A stretch of 63,961 nucleotides of DNA, counting the filler, from Octopus bimaculoides (taxonomy: Eukaryota): the NCBI RefSeq assembly GCF_001194135.2. It is 4 parts of 4 records of this genome, joined end to end, with 100 filler letters (N's around TTAATTAATTAA, not from the genome) between each part and the next. Parts side by side here need not be neighbours in the genome. Positions count along the whole stretch, not along the records: positions 51,187 to 63,961 come from NC_068995.1; 3 more parts are not named here. The stretch is one strand, 5' to 3'. Shown one piece after another: positions 60,258-63,961 of the stretch (the stretch's first letter is position 1; the number at the start of each line of letters is the position of its first letter). The notes below the pieces were generated by a model that made no database searches, had not been told where the DNA came from, and saw nothing but the letters and a program-made list of their open reading frames with translations. The position numbers and the translations under genes are program-made.

Positions 60258-61115
60258 GGATCTTTTTGGTTTGACGGGCAACATTTTTCATTTATGTTTT
60301 ATGTAGTGTTTTTGGTACCGAAACACTTTCAAACTTCGAATACTTGTATATTTTGTGTTATAGAACAGATAAAAAATTTTGTATTCGAAGTTATTTCATG
60401 TAAAAAATTGTCGTATTTCAGTAATTTCAACCAATCACTGACGTCTATTGAGGTGAAAACAATTACACCTGGGAATGTAAACAACGGTGTCATGGGATCT
60501 TTTCCCTTGAATAAAATTAGTGCCGTTGTTTTGTCAACAACAACTATCAGCGGTATATATTTCGTTTGTCACTGTTATTTATGACATCGTTCGTGCGTTT
60601 GTACTGGTTTTAGCTTTAGGGTGTTAGGGTTAGGGTTCGGGTTTTAGAATTAGGGTAGGTTTTAGGATTACGGTTAGGGTTATGATTATTTTTGCCATAA
60701 CCTCACTCATAACCCTAACTCTAACCCTAAAACCCTATAACTCATAACCATAACCCTAACCCTAAACCCCAACCCTAACCCTAAAACCCTAACCCTAAAA
60801 CCCTAACCCTAACTCTAAAACCCGAACCCTAACCCTAAAACCCTAAACCCTTACTAGGGAATAATGATATAATTAAACAGGGAATAACACACTTGACACC
60901 GAACAGCACTAACTGTATTCAGCTGAATAGACGTCAGTGATTGGTTGAAATTACAGAAATACGACAACTTTAACATGAAATAACTTGCGATGTACGATTT
61001 TTTGTTAAGAAGGCTAAGAGAAAAAGATGTTTTATATGACACATTCTACCAGTGTCCCAAGTTTGAAAGTGTTTCGTTAAGAAAACAAGTGTTGCCCGTC
61101 AAACCAAAAAGATCC
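60258..61115. mobile_element. 858-bp foldback MITE (GGATC termini, 8-bp TSD, Merlin-like) with a (TTAGGG)n-(CCCTAA)n core
   Basis: 26-bp perfect terminal IR within about 200-bp arms; TSD GGGCTCAC/GGGCCCAC (one mismatch); telomere-like arrays at about 60616-60679 and 60696-60851. Confidence 0.88.
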
Positions 61116-61540
61116 GGGCCCACTTTAATGAGATTTTGTTAAATAGGTGGGATGGATGAAGAGGCTAAGTAGAATACCTTCCATGTTTACTGGACCTTTC
61201 ACCACTAGACTTTTTTATGGGATACTTAAAAATTTATGGTACAAATCTGGCAACAATTGATAAACCAATTTCAGCCATTTTATAAAAACAAGCACAAAAC
61301 TGAATGAAATGTTTCTTGATCTTTTATGATTCCCTTGTTTTGTGTTATCTGCAATGCCTGGACCAGAACAGTCGTCAATTTGAAAACAGGCATTCGTAAC
61401 AAAATTAAATTATGTCTGTACATTCCAATAAATTTTGAAAATGTGCTTTAATAAACACAGATTTTATAATCCATTCAATGTGTGTATACATTTTTGGGGA
61501 CACCCTGTATATATGTATACATGTGTGTATGTATGTATGT

Positions 61541-62560
61541 ATCATCACCATCATCATCATCATCATCATTTAACATCCATTTTCCATGCTGGCATGGGTT
61601 GGACGGTTTGACAGGAGCTGGGCAGCTGAGGAGCTGTTCAGACTCCAGTTGTCTGTTGTGGCATGGTTTCTACAGCTGGATGCCCTTCCTAATGCCAACC
61701 ACTTTGCAGATTGTGCTGGATGCTTTTTACATGCCACTGACATGAGTGCATTTATTCAGTACCAGCACAAATTCATTTTATGTGACACTGGCACCTGTAA
61801 AGGACCAACCTATATGTATAGATGACAGCGATTTTACTCAGCTTGATGCATCTTCTCAAGTACAGCAAATTGCTACACCTCCTGGTCCCTTGTCATTTCC
61901 TCAGTGAGTCCTAGCATTCAAAGATCCTTTCTCACCACTTTGTCCCATGTTTTCCTGGGTCTACCCCTTCCACAGGTTCCCTCTACAGTTAGGGCTTGAC
62001 ACTTCTTTATGCAGCTGTCCTCATCCATATGTATCACATGACCAAACCAGCAGTCTTCTCTCTTGCACACAGAATCTGATGCCTTGTATACCTAATTTTC
62101 CTCTTAAATCATTTACGCTCTGTTGTATGTGCACATTGACATTACCCATCCAGCAGAGCATGCTGGCTTCATTTCTTTCAAGCCTTCACAAGTCCTCTGT
62201 AGTCAAAGCCCATCTTTCACTGCCATGCATGTACACAGGCATTATACAATTTGCCTTTCACTCAAAGGGAGAGGTCCTTAGTTACCAACAAAGCTAGCAA
62301 CTCATTGAACTTTACCCAACTCACTCTAATTCTAGCAATTACACTTTCAGAACTTCCTCCTCCACTGCTAACTTGGTCGCCTAAGTAACAGTAGTTATCT
62401 ACTACTTCTAATGAAGCCCCCAAGCATTTGAGGGAGTCTTTTGTCTGTGCATTTTTAGTGCTTCTTGTAGCTGCACATTTGCCACACAAAATGACTATTT
62501 TCTCCATTAACTTTCCTGTGTACCACTACACCTCTTATATGCCCAAAGCTTGCACTGGAA
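61541..62560 (-). mobile_element. 5'-truncated RTE LINE (about 1 kb), old
   Basis: YCYLGDQVSSGGG..ESVIARIRVSWVKF and (CAT)n tail. Confidence 0.9.
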
Positions 62561-62783
62561 ACAACATAATTGGCTTACAACTGTTTCTACTATAAGAAGC
62601 AGTGCACTCAAAGTTTAGTACCTGTGCAGCATTCTTTAGCGTCCCCAGAGCCATTAAAATGAAGTGTATGTTTATTTCAGAACGTATTTAAATATATGAG
62701 GTTGATTTCATTGACAACATGCATATAAATATATTATCTAATTCAGTTTGAGGTTGAGAAGCCACACCCAGCAATATGCATAT

Positions 62784-63032
62784 TGTAGGTCAGATGCTTT
62801 GCTGCAGGCTAGCTAGGATGTTGGTCAGCAAGAAAGAAAAGGATTTCCGGGCGGAGAACGGTAACAGAAGAATGACAGCAGCGTGCGTAAAACGAATCCG
62901 AGAGAACTATACAAAAAATAACTGACGACTTAAGCCCTATTGTACCTAAAAAGCCCTATTGTACCTAAAAACCTTTAGTAAATGCATATTCGTCTCCACT
63001 CGTTTGTTTACGTATAGCTTCCCAAAGCTATA
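62784..63032 (+). mobile_element. 5' LTR of a Gypsy element
   Basis: TG start; ends at gctaTA (CA probably mutated) two bases before the PBS; internal 20-bp tandem duplication aagccctattgtacctaaaa. Confidence 0.75.
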
Positions 63033-63034
63033 AC

Positions 63035-63048
63035 TGGTGACCCCGACG
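63035..63048 (+). other. Primer binding site complementary to tRNA-Trp
   Basis: TGGTGACCCCGACG equals the first 14 nt of the canonical tRNA-Trp PBS TGGTGACCCCGACGTGAT. Confidence 0.85.
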
Positions 63049-63080
63049 ATCAAACAACATCTCCCGCTACCGAAACAAAC

Positions 63081-63545
63081 ATGGCTAGCAACAAAACACC
63101 ACTGAGGCTACCACAGTTCTGGTCTAAGAGGGCTGAGCTGTGGTTCATGCAGGCGGAAGCTCAATTTGATATAAACAAGATAACGGTCGACCAAATAAAG
63201 TACTCGCGCGTTGTGGCAGCACTAGACGAAGACAGGGCAACGAGGGTGCTGGACATTTTAACCCATATCCCCCACCAATAAACAAATACGTCATATTGAA
63301 AGATAGGCTAGTGGATACATTCCGACGCAGCGAAAGAGAAGCGGTAGCCAGGATACTGGAGGAGGAATTAGGTGATTCCAAGCCATCAGAACCGATGGAC
63401 AGGATGTTGGCATTAGTCCTCCCGGTGAGTCACCTTCCTTTTTGTTTAAAGAAATATTCTTCCGCAAGCTGCCACTCCAGGTCCAGGCCCTCATAACTCA
63501 GACCAAAATCAAGGACCTGCGGCAATTAGCAAAGGCAACTGATAG
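63081..63545 (+). pseudogene. Gypsy Gag (CsRN1/Mag-like), disrupted
   Basis: LRLPQFW...LWFMQAEAQF...IT...KY..VVAAL, LKDRL..F..S, LGDSKPS; stop at about 63279 and a frameshift. Confidence 0.88.
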
Positions 63546-63571
63546 GCATTTTTTTAATCCGGTGGTGTCCT

Positions 63572-63961
63572 TGTAGTGAAACTACCTATCGCCATTATAT
63601 ACAAAACCATCTATCGCCATTATATTCAAACAGACCATCTTCTCTCACTATAAATATGACAGACGCGAGCGTAGTAGAAAATATCTCTTTCCCTGTTATC
63701 ACCTGACTAATTATTATTTGAAGCGGCAACTACTTCGTACCGTTCCCGCCAGAACGCAAATCGACCAATCACAGCCCTTAATAAGGTCACGTGATAGTGT
63801 TTTTCTAATGCTTTCCTGGAGCCCCTATTTTGTTATAAATAGCCTAAATTATACCCGCCTAATCGTCTCGGTTCAGATCTCTTAGAGACCTGTTCCGTGT
63901 ACCACACAGAGCAGCAGCAGAAGTTCCAGCGACGACATCAACAGCATCTCCAACGACGACT
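63572..63961 (+). mobile_element. Probable LTR of a second, younger element inserted into the gag region; runs off right edge
   Basis: Abrupt TGTAGTG start, CpG-rich, CCAAT box, GTCACGTGA, TATAAATA; no similarity to the first LTR. Confidence 0.55.

Larger units (their letters stand above)
59585..61509 (+). mobile_element. Tc1/mariner-superfamily element split by an RTE fragment and a foldback MITE
   Basis: [26 protein letters not shown] / FSFQLDRA-H / NRWDG*RG*VEY...DLSPLDFF; TIR ggggacaccctg|ta at 61508. Confidence 0.8.

Noticed and set aside
60616-60851. Genuine ancestral chromosome fusion site
   Set aside because: The array lies inside transposon TIRs with a TSD, and the flanks rejoin into one transposase frame.
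4-63496. Most ORF-track entries (CVCV, IYIY, HTHT, ERER and poly-X ORFs)
   Set aside because: They are translations of dinucleotide microsatellites or N gaps, not genes.

Overview
AT-rich, microsatellite-dense, gapped eukaryotic genomic DNA. The SINE, RTE-LINE and MITE repertoire looks like an octopus genome (pattern recognition, not a database result). One host gene is well supported: the first five coding exons (8434 to 107, minus strand, all GT-AG, 579 nt in one open frame) of a class III facilitative sugar transporter (SLC2A10/SLC2A12-like) that runs off the left edge. Nearly everything else is a layered transposon graveyard: tRNA-derived SINEs, a near full-length decayed RTE LINE plus several 3' fragments, R4/Dong and CR1-like LINE pieces, hAT, Tc1/mariner relics, a Helitron derivative, a complete decayed piggyBac with its MITE derivatives, three GG-ended 8-bp-TSD (Merlin-like) MITE families, and nested LTR elements at the right edge. 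No intact transposase, CRISPR or structural RNA gene was found. I cannot claim a clearly new system. The most unusual signals are: MITEs carrying telomeric repeats, one with a head-to-head (TTAGGG)n-(CCCTAA)n core that mimics a chromosome fusion; a MITE with a built-in 40-bp mini-element; a piggyBac/MITE pair with paralogous empty sites in the window; a near-identical 308-bp inverted pair; and an orphan CpG-rich promoter-like patch. Many repeat boundaries are approximate.
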